64,000 bases of DNA from Chthonomonadales bacterium (lineage in GTDB: Bacteria > Armatimonadota > Chthonomonadetes > Chthonomonadales > CAJBBX01). The stretch's first letter is position 1, and every line of letters begins with the position of its first letter. A model generated the notes under the pieces. It did not search any database. It was not told where the DNA came from and saw only the letters and a list, made by a program, of their open reading frames with translations. This document shows, piece by piece, positions 28,060-37,361 of the stretch. The stretch spans positions 79,952-143,951 of the forward strand of contig JBBIPC010000003.1 in the NCBI GenBank assembly GCA_037443035.1. The letters are read 5' to 3'. A program made the position numbers and the translations under genes.

Positions 28060-30312
28060 ATGTCCGATTCACCAAACGAGCACTTACCCCTTTCGCCAGA
28101 GGCTGAGAAGCTCTGCACCACGGCCCTTTACAAGGCCCCACACGGCTCCGATCCAAACACGCTCCAGTGGGTACTCGCCATCGCCGAGCTTTTTCCTGAC
28201 TCGCTTGCGCCATTCGTCCCCAAGGCGCAGGTTCCCAGCCTGCGGCAGAGCATCCGTGAGAGCCTCAAACATGCTGAGGGAGGACCTCTGCTGACGAAAT
28301 TGGATGTCGTCGTTGCTGCGAGTGCTCTTGCTGCCGAAGAGGGAGCCAAGGAACTCAGCGTGGCGCACATGAGCAAGGCGATCGTAGAGAAAGCACAGCC
28401 CCTGCTCGAGGAGCTGGTGTCCAAAGAGGAATCCTCGCACCCAGAAACACTGGACCTGGACACGGACGACGAGGAGGAGCCAAGTGCAGAAGGTCTACGA
28501 CCTTTCAGTCCAGCAGAAGTCTTCGCTCCGTCCCCGGAAGTCGTAATCCGCCGGAGCGAGAGGCCCTCGTCCTCTCGGCGTGCCCCGCGAGCCAGTGCGA
28601 AGCATCCGATGCTGGACCGGTTCGCCGTGGATCTCACCCAAGCGGCCAAGGATGGCAAGCTTACGCCGGTCGTGGGCAGGGAGACCGAAATTGGTCTCGT
28701 CCTCGAGACGCTCTGCAAGACTACGAAACGGAATCCTGCACTGGTGGGCCAGGCAGGCGTTGGCAAGACGGCCATTGCCGAGGGCGTTGCTATGCGCATT
28801 GCCGCAGGCGACTGCCCCGAGATGCTGCGGAACGCACGTATCTACCTCCTCCAAGCGGCCTCCCTTGTAGTTGGGATTCAGAACCCGGCCGAATATGCTG
28901 AACGCGTGCAGCAGCTCATCAAGGAAGCGTCAGACCCTGATGTGATCCTGTTCGTGGACGAATTTCACTCCGTGCTCGAGAGAGGCATGGCTTTCGAACA
29001 GGACCTTGTCACGCTGCTGAAACCTGCGCTGGCCCGAGGAGAGATCGCGTGCATCGCCGCAACGACGGACGATGAGTACCGAAGGATCGTGGAATCGGAC
29101 AGAGCACTGGCCCGGCGATTTCAAGCCATTCGTATCGGGGAAATGAGCCACAACCAGACGCTGCAGGTTCTGCGCACACATGGCGAACGCATCGGGGTGG
29201 AACGCAAGGTTGCCATTCCCGAGGAGGTTCTGGTTCGCGCCCTGGACTTGGCCGGTGACCGGATGCCGAACCGCCGGTTTCCTGACAAGGCCGTGGACGT
29301 CCTCGAGCAGGCCGTCGCCCACGCCGTCATCCGAGGCCGGGATCGCGTGGATGTTAGCGATGTAGCCGATGTCGTGGAACGGTTGACCGGCGCACCGGCC
29401 GATACAGCCGCATCCTTGGACGCTCTCGCGATGGCTCTGCGGGAGGAGCGGCTTCTCAGCCCAGATGAGGTGGAGGCGCTCATCGCGAAGCTGACCGTAG
29501 CCATGGAGGGACTGGACATCTGGCCGGAACGTCCGAACGCCGTCATCATGCTCTATGGCCCCGCCAGTGCGCTCGCAGATCGGATGAGCGCCGTGCTCGC
29601 TCGTCACCTGGCCGGCTCCGAGGACAGGGTGGTGGATATGGACTTCTCCTTCATGACGCATCCCGGCGACCTCAGCCGGCTTGTCGGAGCTGGACCCTCC
29701 TACATCGGCTACGGCGAGGAGCTGCCGATCCACGCTCTCATTCAGTACCCCTGGAGTGTCTTCCTTTGCCGCAACGTGGACCTCTGCTATCCGTCCATCC
29801 TGACTGCTCTTATCAACGCTCTCCGGCGAGGCGCGATCGTGGACGGCATGGGTAGGTCCATCCGGCTCTGCGACTGCGTAGTGCTCGTTACCGTGGGCGA
29901 CGAAAGGAGCCGTAGCCGGAGTGCTCCCATCGGGTTCGTGCCACGGGCTCCTGCGGACGACGCAGAGACTCCTATACCCGACACCGTCCGACCCGAGCTG
30001 CAGGAGCTATGCACCATCATCGTATCGAGACTCGCAGAATCGTCAACGATATCCGAGAGCTTCATCATGGAACGACTTCTGCCCGACCTAGCCAAGCGCT
30101 ACAGGGCACGTGGTCTCGAGGTGGAATTCGACAACAGCGTCGCAGCATGGGCTGCGGCGCGTTTCAAGAGCGAGCAAAACGAGCACATTCTTGGCGACAA
30201 GCTAGCGGCCGCCATCGGGCGGATCCTGAGACCTTACCTGCCCCGATCGGGCACAGTACATGTCCGGGTCGAGGCCGTGAATTCCGATCTCCGAGTCGAA
30301 GCCGTGCGCTAA
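28060..30312 (+). CDS. ClpA-like Hsp100 AAA+ ATPase with intact D1 and degenerate D2 module
   Basis: 750 aa. D1 has Walker A GQAGVGKT, Walker B ILFVDEFH and DRALARRFQ. In D2, GPASALADR replaces GPxGxGKT, FLCRNVDL replaces the hhhhDE Walker B, and TVGD replaces sensor-1 TxN. There is no M-domain. An IGF tripeptide (SAPIGFVP) sits where the ClpA IGL loop lies. Confidence 0.85.
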   Translation: MSDSPNEHLPLSPEAEKLCTTALYKAPHGSDPNTLQWVLAIAELFPDSLAPFVPKAQVPSLRQSIRESLKHAEGGPLLTKLDVVVAASALAAEEGAKELSVAHMSKAIVEKAQPLLEELVSKEESSHPETLDLDTDDEEEPSAEGLRPFSPAEVFAPSPEVVIRRSERPSSSRRAPRASAKHPMLDRFAVDLTQAAKDGKLTPVVGRETEIGLVLETLCKTTKRNPALVGQAGVGKTAIAEGVAMRIAAGDCPEMLRNARIYLLQAASLVVGIQNPAEYAERVQQLIKEASDPDVILFVDEFHSVLERGMAFEQDLVTLLKPALARGEIACIAATTDDEYRRIVESDRALARRFQAIRIGEMSHNQTLQVLRTHGERIGVERKVAIPEEVLVRALDLAGDRMPNRRFPDKAVDVLEQAVAHAVIRGRDRVDVSDVADVVERLTGAPADTAASLDALAMALREERLLSPDEVEALIAKLTVAMEGLDIWPERPNAVIMLYGPASALADRMSAVLARHLAGSEDRVVDMDFSFMTHPGDLSRLVGAGPSYIGYGEELPIHALIQYPWSVFLCRNVDLCYPSILTALINALRRGAIVDGMGRSIRLCDCVVLVTVGDERSRSRSAPIGFVPRAPADDAETPIPDTVRPELQELCTIIVSRLAESSTISESFIMERLLPDLAKRYRARGLEVEFDNSVAAWAAARFKSEQNEHILGDKLAAAIGRILRPYLPRSGTVHVRVEAVNSDLRVEAVR

Positions 30313-30363
30313 CACAGCCCATGGCCCAGATGGGCCAATTCCAACACCACGGAGGTGCACAGT

Positions 30364-30984
30364 ATGGGTACCGCAGTAACAATCGAGGTCTTGCGTCAGC
30401 ACCTGGAGGATTTCGGCTGGTCCCGCTACCGGGTGACGCCGGAACCTGGCGAACAAGAAGGACTCATTTTCACGGGCTACATCGGCGAACTCGATCGCCT
30501 TCCGCACACGGTCATCATTGACCCCATGGTGGAGAAGGGTGTGCTCCGGATTTTCTCCCCAGACGTGGCCGTCGCGCCAGTGGACAAGACGGACCCGGAC
30601 AGGCTACATGAACTCGTCTACACCGTAGCTGCGCTGAATACCCGGTCGGTGCTCGCTTCCTTCGGCTACGATCCGAGCGACGGAGAGGTCTCGATCGCCG
30701 TGGCCATGCCCATCGAAGAGAACGACATCAGCTTCGAGCAATTCAAGCGGGCCATGGAGGCTGTAATCTGGGGCATTGGCACGTACGGCAGAGGCTTGCG
30801 CGGTATTGTAGATGGCACTGCCAAGGCCAAGGATGTGCTCAGCATTGGCCAAACCGGCCCATCGCCGGCCGAACTGGAAGTGCTCAGGCAGCTCCTGGAG
30901 GCGCTTGGGGAGAGACTGGCGGAGCGTCGAGTATCCCCATCGGACGAGGACGACAGCGAGGAGGAACAACCGTCCAGGTCCTGA
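30364..30984 (+). CDS. YbjN-like (T3SS-chaperone-like fold) protein with acidic C-terminal tail
   Basis: The ATG at 30364 lies 8 nt after GGAGG. The layout and segments (LRIFSPDVAV..., AALNTRSVLASFGYDPSDGEVSIAV) resemble the YbjN family from memory. The tail is SPSDEDDSEEEQPS. Confidence 0.55.
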   Translation: MGTAVTIEVLRQHLEDFGWSRYRVTPEPGEQEGLIFTGYIGELDRLPHTVIIDPMVEKGVLRIFSPDVAVAPVDKTDPDRLHELVYTVAALNTRSVLASFGYDPSDGEVSIAVAMPIEENDISFEQFKRAMEAVIWGIGTYGRGLRGIVDGTAKAKDVLSIGQTGPSPAELEVLRQLLEALGERLAERRVSPSDEDDSEEEQPSRS

Positions 30985-31068
30985 GACTGGTGCCGTCCGG
31001 CATTACATGGCCAGGGGGCACGGTGGTCGTTCCATCCGCCGCTACTGGCGGCGCGGTTCCGGCGGTCC

Positions 31069-31149
31069 ATGGTGACCACGCAGCCACGGCGGTACATGGC
31101 GACTGGGTCGCCCAGGCGGCAAATGGTTACGACGGCGCCCAGGCGGTTG
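31069..31149. repeat. Three imperfect tandem 27-nt units (ATGG-N15-18-GGCGG-N3)
   Basis: Units lie at 31069-31095, 31096-31122 and 31123-31149. They are about two-thirds identical by hand alignment. The GGCGG-N3-4-ATGG junction recurs at 31061, 31088 and 31115. Confidence 0.7.
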
Positions 31150-31180
31150 AGTAGTCCCGATAGCCATCGGGACTACTCAA
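31147..31180. repeat. Perfect 15-bp inverted repeat / hairpin (TTGAGTAGTCCCGAT-agcc-ATCGGGACTACTCAA)
   Basis: Verified base by base. It lies between convergent genes. No U-tract on either side. Confidence 0.85.
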
Positions 31181-31295
31181 TCGCCGGCGGGGTGCACCGC
31201 CGTGCCCTGTGGCGCAGGAACAACCTGCGGCTACACGGCCTTCGGCCGTAAGGCATCAGGACATACCCTTCGCACCCAAGGACGCGCAGCGTGTA

Positions 31296-31316
31296 GCCGC
31301 CGCTGCTGGCGGCGGC
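31296..31316. repeat. GC hairpin GCCGCCGC-tgctg-GCGGCGGC
   Basis: 8-bp perfect stem, 65-85 nt downstream of the stop of the minus-strand gene 31381..34362. Confidence 0.6.
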
Positions 31317-31380
31317 ACGCACGATGATGGGTTGCCGCCGAGGTCTCCTGACCGCATGGACGCAACGAGGTGCGGCCGGC

Positions 31381-34362
31381 TCAGTGAGTGTACTTGGCTA
31401 GTCCCTGGACGAGCCTGGTCACTGTATCCCGGTACAGAGCGTCGGCAGCCTGGTCGGTGGCAGGCGGCAGGGCTGGCAATCTGCCACTGGCCTTGAGGCT
31501 CTGCCGCATTCCGGCGGCGGCGGCGCATTCGAGCGCCAGGCGAATGTGGGCTGCCTCGGTGGTATCGCCGAAACCCGCGCTGACAAGCGACGCCAGACGC
31601 TCCCGCAGCGAACCCACTGCTTCGCGCAGATCGTCCGGCGCTGCACCCTCGAGGGCTGGAACAGGATCGGGTCCATAGGCGAGGAAATCCTGGTCGGGCA
31701 CGGTACCTCCCATGCCAATGACAATCCTCGCGTCGTCGGGCAAAGCGCCCTCGCTGAGGGTGATGAACGTGCGAGAATGGCGTCGCCAGCGTTTTCCGTT
31801 GATCCAGACACCTGTCACAGGTCCTTGCCCCACGGTCGCCAGCCAGAGCCGCTTGCGGCCGAACCGGATCGGAAAGCGCTGCTCCATCTGCAAGATCGAG
31901 GGCGGCACGTGCGGAATCAGCGTAAGGGTATCTGCCCGATACACGTACTCGAATAGCCCCCTGATCATAGCGGCCGGCGGCCCGAATGCGTCGTACGTGA
32001 GGTTCAACGGCTCGCCGGGCTGGTAGACACTGTTGCCGCACTCGGTCAGTGGGTTGTCCATCCGAAAACGCCTGGCGAAGGTGAGGAGTTTCTCCATGGA
32101 TCGGCGCGCATCACTCCACCAGCCCATCCGGTAATACGCCAGTATCATCCGAGCCTCGCACGTGGACCAGTGCCCTCCGTTCACCCACGTACCAAAGGTC
32201 CACAGCCCTTCGGGCCGTTCGTACATGTCGTCATAGGACGGATAGTTCGGCAGGATAAAGGCATGGGGACGGAGCCCAGGGATGCTGGCAATCTTCGACA
32301 GTATCCGCCTCGCGAGGGCGTCGTCCACAACGCGTAGGCAAACGGCGTCGTGGTTGGGCGAGGTCTCGAGATAGCCGTGCTTGTCAGCGCCATAGACTCC
32401 GTGACGCACGCCATCGGGATCGACCGAGCGTACGAAGTAGCCCTCAGGTTCGAGGAGCGCTGCAAGCCCTCGTTTGCTCGCTACGCGCCGACGCTCGTAT
32501 AGCGCTGCCTGTTGCTTCCTGCCCGCGAGCTTCTCTAGCTCGATGAGCCGATCCAGAGCAGCGATGGTGGTAATGGAGAGGCCCGAGAGGTAGGCCATGC
32601 CGTACGTGCCGTCGGGCTTCCTCCACCCGGAATAGCTCGGCGCCAGCAGGTTTCCAGCCGGGCCTGCGAGGTACAGATTGTTCTTCGGATCTCGACGTGA
32701 TTCGAGGAAGTTCGCCGTTCGCTCCAGCTTAGGGAGGTAGCTGGCGATCGCGCCCGCATCCCTGCTGATCAACAGAAGCTCGGCCTGCATGAGCAGCCCG
32801 GCGGCAGCGAACTCCACGCCCCAGTCGTGTAGTTCCACCCGCCCATCTCCCTGCTTGGCAATGAACATGCCTGGAGCCGCGGCGTCACACAGCGCGCCGT
32901 CGGGAGGGACCCACCGGAACTCTCGGAAAGGACGGAGGGTCTTCCCATCTCCCATCTGGTCGAACCAGAGGTCCTGGGAGTTCTGAAGAAAGGACGTCAG
33001 TGGCTCCGTCAAGAACGGCAGCGCGGCGTACGTTGTGCCGTAGCTATTCTGGATCCACCACGCGTTCCACGTCGGCCCTTCCACGAACCCGTTCCATGCT
33101 GGCGTGTACAGCATAGGCAGGTTCTGATACTCGGCGTCCGGCGAGAACATCCGCCGGGCGATGTCCAGCAGCTGCAAGTACTCGACATCGCCCCTGCCTT
33201 TGAAGAATCTTCCTGCGAACGATGGTGCGCCCTGCAATGGTCTGTCCCTTCGCTCTCTCCACATGCGTTCTAGCGCATCGATCCTAGCGGTTCCCTCGCC
33301 GATGGTCGGGCATAGCCAGCCCCCTTCGTCATGCTCATTCCAGGCGTAGATCAGCATGACGCGAGCGGGACACGCAGATGGATTCGCCACGACCCAGTCG
33401 GCGGCTTCCCGGACGTGAGCAGCGAGTTCCTGGGGCGTTGGAGCCGCGTAGTAGCGGTGCATTCCTTCGCCTGCCTTCTGCCATGGTTCCCAGGGATGGG
33501 GGCGCTCGATGCGCGGACGTCTGTCCCAACCCGCCATGGCAGTAGGTACGACCTGGACCCCCAGGTAGCGCGCCTCGTTCCAGAATCGCCTCGCCACGTC
33601 GCGAAGCTCCTGGTAAGTGCTCTCGTTGCCGCCATTGCCCGGGATCGCGTAGGCACTGATGGCGTCTGCACCGATGGTCTCGGCAAGCTGGCGCGCACGC
33701 TGAGGCGTGAAATCCATCAGGACGATGTACGGATCGCCCGCACCTGCCTTCCGGACTTCCTCGCGAAAACCCTGCCACAGCTTACGCGCCTGCTCCGGCC
33801 CGCCCCATGCTTCGATATGGGCATCCTGAACAAAGCCGAGAAAGAAGAGCGGTCTGCGTCCAGCCACCCTGCAGTAGTTCGGCTCTCGCATCAGTCTGAC
33901 AAACCGCTGCATCCGCTCATGGAACGCCGTTGCGTTCCCAGCGCGACCGGCCTCCAGGATCATGGCGAAGCGAATGTCTTTCCGATGCCTGCTGGACAGG
34001 TGGAGCTTCAGCGCATCGGAAAGGGGATCCTCCGGATCGTAAGCAACGTACGCCCAATAGTCTATGCCCGCCCGCTTGGCTTCGGCAATCTCGCGATCCA
34101 CAATCGCCTGGGTGTACGGACCTATTTCGATGCGTTCGTCCGATAGGATGCGCGCGAAGAACGGAGCCCTGTGCTGGTAACGCTTGGGACTCAAGCATTC
34201 CTCGAGAACTTTCGCCACGATGCCACGGGAGCTGCCATACCACCCGTCCCAACGTATGGCGCCGACCAACGGCTTCTCCATGGCCCCAGCGCACGGGACC
34301 GACATGATGACACCAGCCATAGCGAACAGCAATGCTTCGATACGAAGGATCATGGGAACCAC
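31381..34362 (-). CDS. Large secreted two-domain protein, putative glycoside hydrolase (N-terminal TIM-like region plus C-terminal alpha/alpha-barrel-like region), family unassigned
   Basis: 993-aa ORF with a signal-like N-terminus. N-terminal segment: AIRWDGWYG...AKRAGIDYWAYVAY. C-terminal segment: RDPKNNLYLAGPAGNLLAPSY...MILAYYRMGWW...AFGPPAAMIRGLFEYVY. Confidence 0.7.
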   Translation of the reverse strand: MVPMILRIEALLFAMAGVIMSVPCAGAMEKPLVGAIRWDGWYGSSRGIVAKVLEECLSPKRYQHRAPFFARILSDERIEIGPYTQAIVDREIAEAKRAGIDYWAYVAYDPEDPLSDALKLHLSSRHRKDIRFAMILEAGRAGNATAFHERMQRFVRLMREPNYCRVAGRRPLFFLGFVQDAHIEAWGGPEQARKLWQGFREEVRKAGAGDPYIVLMDFTPQRARQLAETIGADAISAYAIPGNGGNESTYQELRDVARRFWNEARYLGVQVVPTAMAGWDRRPRIERPHPWEPWQKAGEGMHRYYAAPTPQELAAHVREAADWVVANPSACPARVMLIYAWNEHDEGGWLCPTIGEGTARIDALERMWRERRDRPLQGAPSFAGRFFKGRGDVEYLQLLDIARRMFSPDAEYQNLPMLYTPAWNGFVEGPTWNAWWIQNSYGTTYAALPFLTEPLTSFLQNSQDLWFDQMGDGKTLRPFREFRWVPPDGALCDAAAPGMFIAKQGDGRVELHDWGVEFAAAGLLMQAELLLISRDAGAIASYLPKLERTANFLESRRDPKNNLYLAGPAGNLLAPSYSGWRKPDGTYGMAYLSGLSITTIAALDRLIELEKLAGRKQQAALYERRRVASKRGLAALLEPEGYFVRSVDPDGVRHGVYGADKHGYLETSPNHDAVCLRVVDDALARRILSKIASIPGLRPHAFILPNYPSYDDMYERPEGLWTFGTWVNGGHWSTCEARMILAYYRMGWWSDARRSMEKLLTFARRFRMDNPLTECGNSVYQPGEPLNLTYDAFGPPAAMIRGLFEYVYRADTLTLIPHVPPSILQMEQRFPIRFGRKRLWLATVGQGPVTGVWINGKRWRRHSRTFITLSEGALPDDARIVIGMGGTVPDQDFLAYGPDPVPALEGAAPDDLREAVGSLRERLASLVSAGFGDTTEAAHIRLALECAAAAGMRQSLKASGRLPALPPATDQAADALYRDTVTRLVQGLAKYTH

Positions 34363-34469
34363 TCCCCTGAAGTCAGTGTCCGCTCATGCAGAAGGATCAC
34401 GGGCTGTCTTGACGGGAACATCCGTCCTATCCGTGGTGGTAGGATAACCCATACGAGGGAGCAATCTGT

Positions 34470-35756
34470 ATGGACACGAACAAGAAACTCACGCGTCGCG
34501 AACTGGTCGGTCACAGTGCCCGTCTGGCCATTCCCACCATCCTGCCGTCCGGCATCATTCCCATGCCTGGTAGACAGAGCCCGAACGACCGCATCGAGGT
34601 CGGCGTCATCGGCACCGGAGGCATGGGTCAGAACCACGTCACTCCCGATACCGTTGCCATCTGCGATGTGGACGACAACCACCTGGCCAACGCCCGCAAG
34701 CGCATCACACGAGGTGAGCCTTTCACGACGAAGGACTTCCGGCGCCTCCTGGAGCGCAAGGATGTGGATGCCGTCATCATCGCAACGCCGGACCACTGGC
34801 ACGCTCTGATGACGATCATGGCCTGCCAGGCTGGCAAGCATGTAATGAGCGAGAAACCCACGGCCCGGACCATCGCCGAAGGACGCGCCATGGTCAAGGC
34901 CGCGCGCAAGTACAACCGTGTCGTCCAGATCCACGCTCAGGGCCGGTCCAATCCAAATGCCCATCTCGCGTGCCAGTTCGTTCGCAATGGTGGTATCGGC
35001 AGAATCCGACGGGTGGACGTCTGGCATCCCGTCAACTTCAGCACGACGAGCTGGGGCGAGCCGCAGCCTGTCCCCTCCACGCTGGACTGGGACATGTGGC
35101 TTGGGCCGCTGCGCTGGATGCCCTACCATCCCGAGCGGTGCCACTTCAACTTCCGCTGGCTCATGGACTCCGGAGGCGGGTTCATACGCGACCGAGGCAA
35201 TCACGCACTGAGTATCGTCTCATGGCTCACCGACAACGACAACTACAAGGGGATCGTCACCTGCGAAGCAACCGGCAAGCGGCATCTGACCGGCTTCTTC
35301 GATGTACCCGCGACCATGGACGTGACCTGGCAATTCCGAAACCCGGATTGGACCCTAACATGGAGCCAGCCAGGCAAGCCCAACCCGCGATTCCCGGGCG
35401 ATTGGGGGGCTACGTACACGGGCGATAGGGATGACCTGGTAGTCCTCGGTGGCGATGGCGGCTGCGATACGGAGAAGAAGGCGAAGGACTTCGTGGTCCC
35501 TTCTGGCGGCATCGAGATCTACCGCAGCCCCGGACACCGCGAGAACTGGCTGGAATGCATCCGCACGGGAAAGAGGCCTGTCATGGACGTGGAAATCGGA
35601 CACCACGTCGTGACTCTGTGTATTCTGGGCAACATCGCCTGGCGTCTCGGGCGCAAGGTGACGTTCGACTTCGCTACAGAGCGGTTCATCGGCGACGAAG
35701 AGGCGAACCGGCTCATTGACGAGCCCTACCGGCCCCCGTGGAAGCTCGAGGTATGA
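34470..35756 (+). CDS. Gfo/Idh/MocA family oxidoreductase with Tat-type signal
   Basis: 428 aa with twin-arginine TRRELVGHSARLAIP and Rossmann VIGTGGMGQNH. It is a paralog of 18044..19375. Confidence 0.85.
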   Translation: MDTNKKLTRRELVGHSARLAIPTILPSGIIPMPGRQSPNDRIEVGVIGTGGMGQNHVTPDTVAICDVDDNHLANARKRITRGEPFTTKDFRRLLERKDVDAVIIATPDHWHALMTIMACQAGKHVMSEKPTARTIAEGRAMVKAARKYNRVVQIHAQGRSNPNAHLACQFVRNGGIGRIRRVDVWHPVNFSTTSWGEPQPVPSTLDWDMWLGPLRWMPYHPERCHFNFRWLMDSGGGFIRDRGNHALSIVSWLTDNDNYKGIVTCEATGKRHLTGFFDVPATMDVTWQFRNPDWTLTWSQPGKPNPRFPGDWGATYTGDRDDLVVLGGDGGCDTEKKAKDFVVPSGGIEIYRSPGHRENWLECIRTGKRPVMDVEIGHHVVTLCILGNIAWRLGRKVTFDFATERFIGDEEANRLIDEPYRPPWKLEV

Positions 35757-35767
35757 GGAGACCGAAG

Positions 35768-36238
35768 ATGATAGCGTTCATTCCTGCCTTGCTAGCCCAA
35801 CGGCCGACTGCTGCGACACTGCTGGCCGATATCCAGAGCGGAGATATCGAGATCCGGCAGCGAGCCGTCGAACAGGCTCCACTCGTCGGTACGCCCATCA
35901 TCGTTCCCCTAGGGCAGGTCATGGCAGGTACCGACCCTGCGGCCGCCAAAGCCGCTCTGGAAGCGCTACGGTGCGTTGCCCACCACGCAGCTCGTCCGGG
36001 TGCAACTGCCGAGCGCAGGAATGCTTCTCGGGAGTTGGTGAAGCTGACCCGCTCGTCGTTCCCGCGGCATGTACGCGTGGAGGCTCTCTACCTGCTGGGG
36101 TGCCTCGCAGGTTCCGAGGCAGTGCCTGCTATGGCCGCGCTCCTGCAAGACAAGGAGATTGGCGTGGAGGCTCGCATAGCGCTCGAGCGCGTCCCTGGCA
36201 CTGCAGCACGCAGAGCACTCCAGAAGGCTCGAAGATGA
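35768..36238 (+). CDS. Small HEAT-repeat protein, homologous to the N-terminal module of 19387..21972
   Basis: The ATG at 35768 lies 6 nt after GAGGAGA. An alternative ATG at 35753 forms an ATGA overlap. VRVEALYLLGCLAGSEAVPAMAALLQDKEIGVEARIALERVPG aligns with ACRQLVYIAGLEQVPSLLKLLHDDAMAHYALMVLARIPG. Confidence 0.65.
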   Translation: MIAFIPALLAQRPTAATLLADIQSGDIEIRQRAVEQAPLVGTPIIVPLGQVMAGTDPAAAKAALEALRCVAHHAARPGATAERRNASRELVKLTRSSFPRHVRVEALYLLGCLAGSEAVPAMAALLQDKEIGVEARIALERVPGTAARRALQKARR

Positions 36239-36253
36239 CGCAGTTCCACAGCC

Positions 36254-37096
36254 TCACAGGATAATCGTCCGGTTGTTCCAGATAAACACTCGGTCGTCGA
36301 GAACGAGCTGGAGCGCAGCGGCAAGAACGGTGCGCTCGACGTCGCGGCCGACTCGGACAAGATCTCGCACCGTGTAGGTGTGGTCCACGGGCAGGACGTT
36401 CTGGGCGACAATCGGTCCCTCGTCGAGCTGAGCTGTCACGAAGTGCGCGGTCGCTCCGATGATCTTGACTCCTCGTTCGAACGCCTTGCGGTAGGGGTGT
36501 GCGCCAGCAAACGCCGGTAGGAACGAGTGGTGGATGTTCACGATGCGATGCCGGTACCGCTCCACGAACTCCGGACTGAGAATACGCATGTAACGCGCCA
36601 GGACGAGGTAATCGGGTCGTAGAGGACGTAGGACTTCGAGTATCCGTTCCTCATGTTGCTCACGTGTGAGTCCATCGTGGGGGACGTACACGAACGGTAC
36701 ACCGAATCGTTCGACCAGACCCTGCAGCGTGGCATGGTTCGAGATCACGGCAGCGATGCGGGCATTCAGCTCCCCGAAGTCGTGCCGCAAGAGGAGATCT
36801 CCGACGCAGTGGTATTCCTTGGATGCGAGGATCGCGAGAACGCGCGGCCGCCTGGCGACGAGCCGTATCTGAGCCGCAACCGGCAGGCGCTCGGCCAGCC
36901 GCCGGCTCAACTCCCGCGGATCGCCGCTCCCCTCGAATACTGTGCGCATGAAGAACCGACCCGTGGCGGAATCCACGAACTCGGCGTTGGAGGTGATGTT
37001 GAACCCGGCGCGAAAGACGACGCCCGTGATCTCATGGACGAGACCTGGCCGGTCTGGACAGTGGACGAGAAGAATTCGAGCCGATCCTGTGGCCAC
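36254..37096 (-). CDS. purU: Formyltetrahydrofolate deformylase
   Basis: 280 aa with an ACT-like N-terminus and a formyltransferase core (IVNIHHSFLPAFAGAHPY...GATAHFVT..LDEGPII). Confidence 0.92.
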   Translation of the reverse strand: MATGSARILLVHCPDRPGLVHEITGVVFRAGFNITSNAEFVDSATGRFFMRTVFEGSGDPRELSRRLAERLPVAAQIRLVARRPRVLAILASKEYHCVGDLLLRHDFGELNARIAAVISNHATLQGLVERFGVPFVYVPHDGLTREQHEERILEVLRPLRPDYLVLARYMRILSPEFVERYRHRIVNIHHSFLPAFAGAHPYRKAFERGVKIIGATAHFVTAQLDEGPIVAQNVLPVDHTYTVRDLVRVGRDVERTVLAAALQLVLDDRVFIWNNRTIIL

Positions 37097-37361
37097 GATG
37101 GCTCTATCTTAGCGCAAAGTCCCCGCCTGATGCCTTACCCCGACACGTCGCTTACGGTGACGCACAAGTCACACCCACGATGCATCGCGCCTTCGACACC
37201 CGCGTCCTGCCTGTAGGGGTTGGGCCCATCCCTCGTGCGGGATTTGTCTCTCAGCCCGACGATTCATCGCCGAGCGCCCCTGAGCTGTGAGCACTGGGGC
37301 TAGCGTGCGTTGCGTTTCGGTACCGGTGCGAGGCTGCCAGGATACAAGTCCAGAGCGCCGG

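Noticed and set aside
31256-32041. 261-aa minus-strand ORF and other alternative frames inside 31381..34362
   Set aside because: They are alternative frames of the 993-aa gene or of its downstream intergenic region. The translations are Arg/Ala-rich with no motifs.
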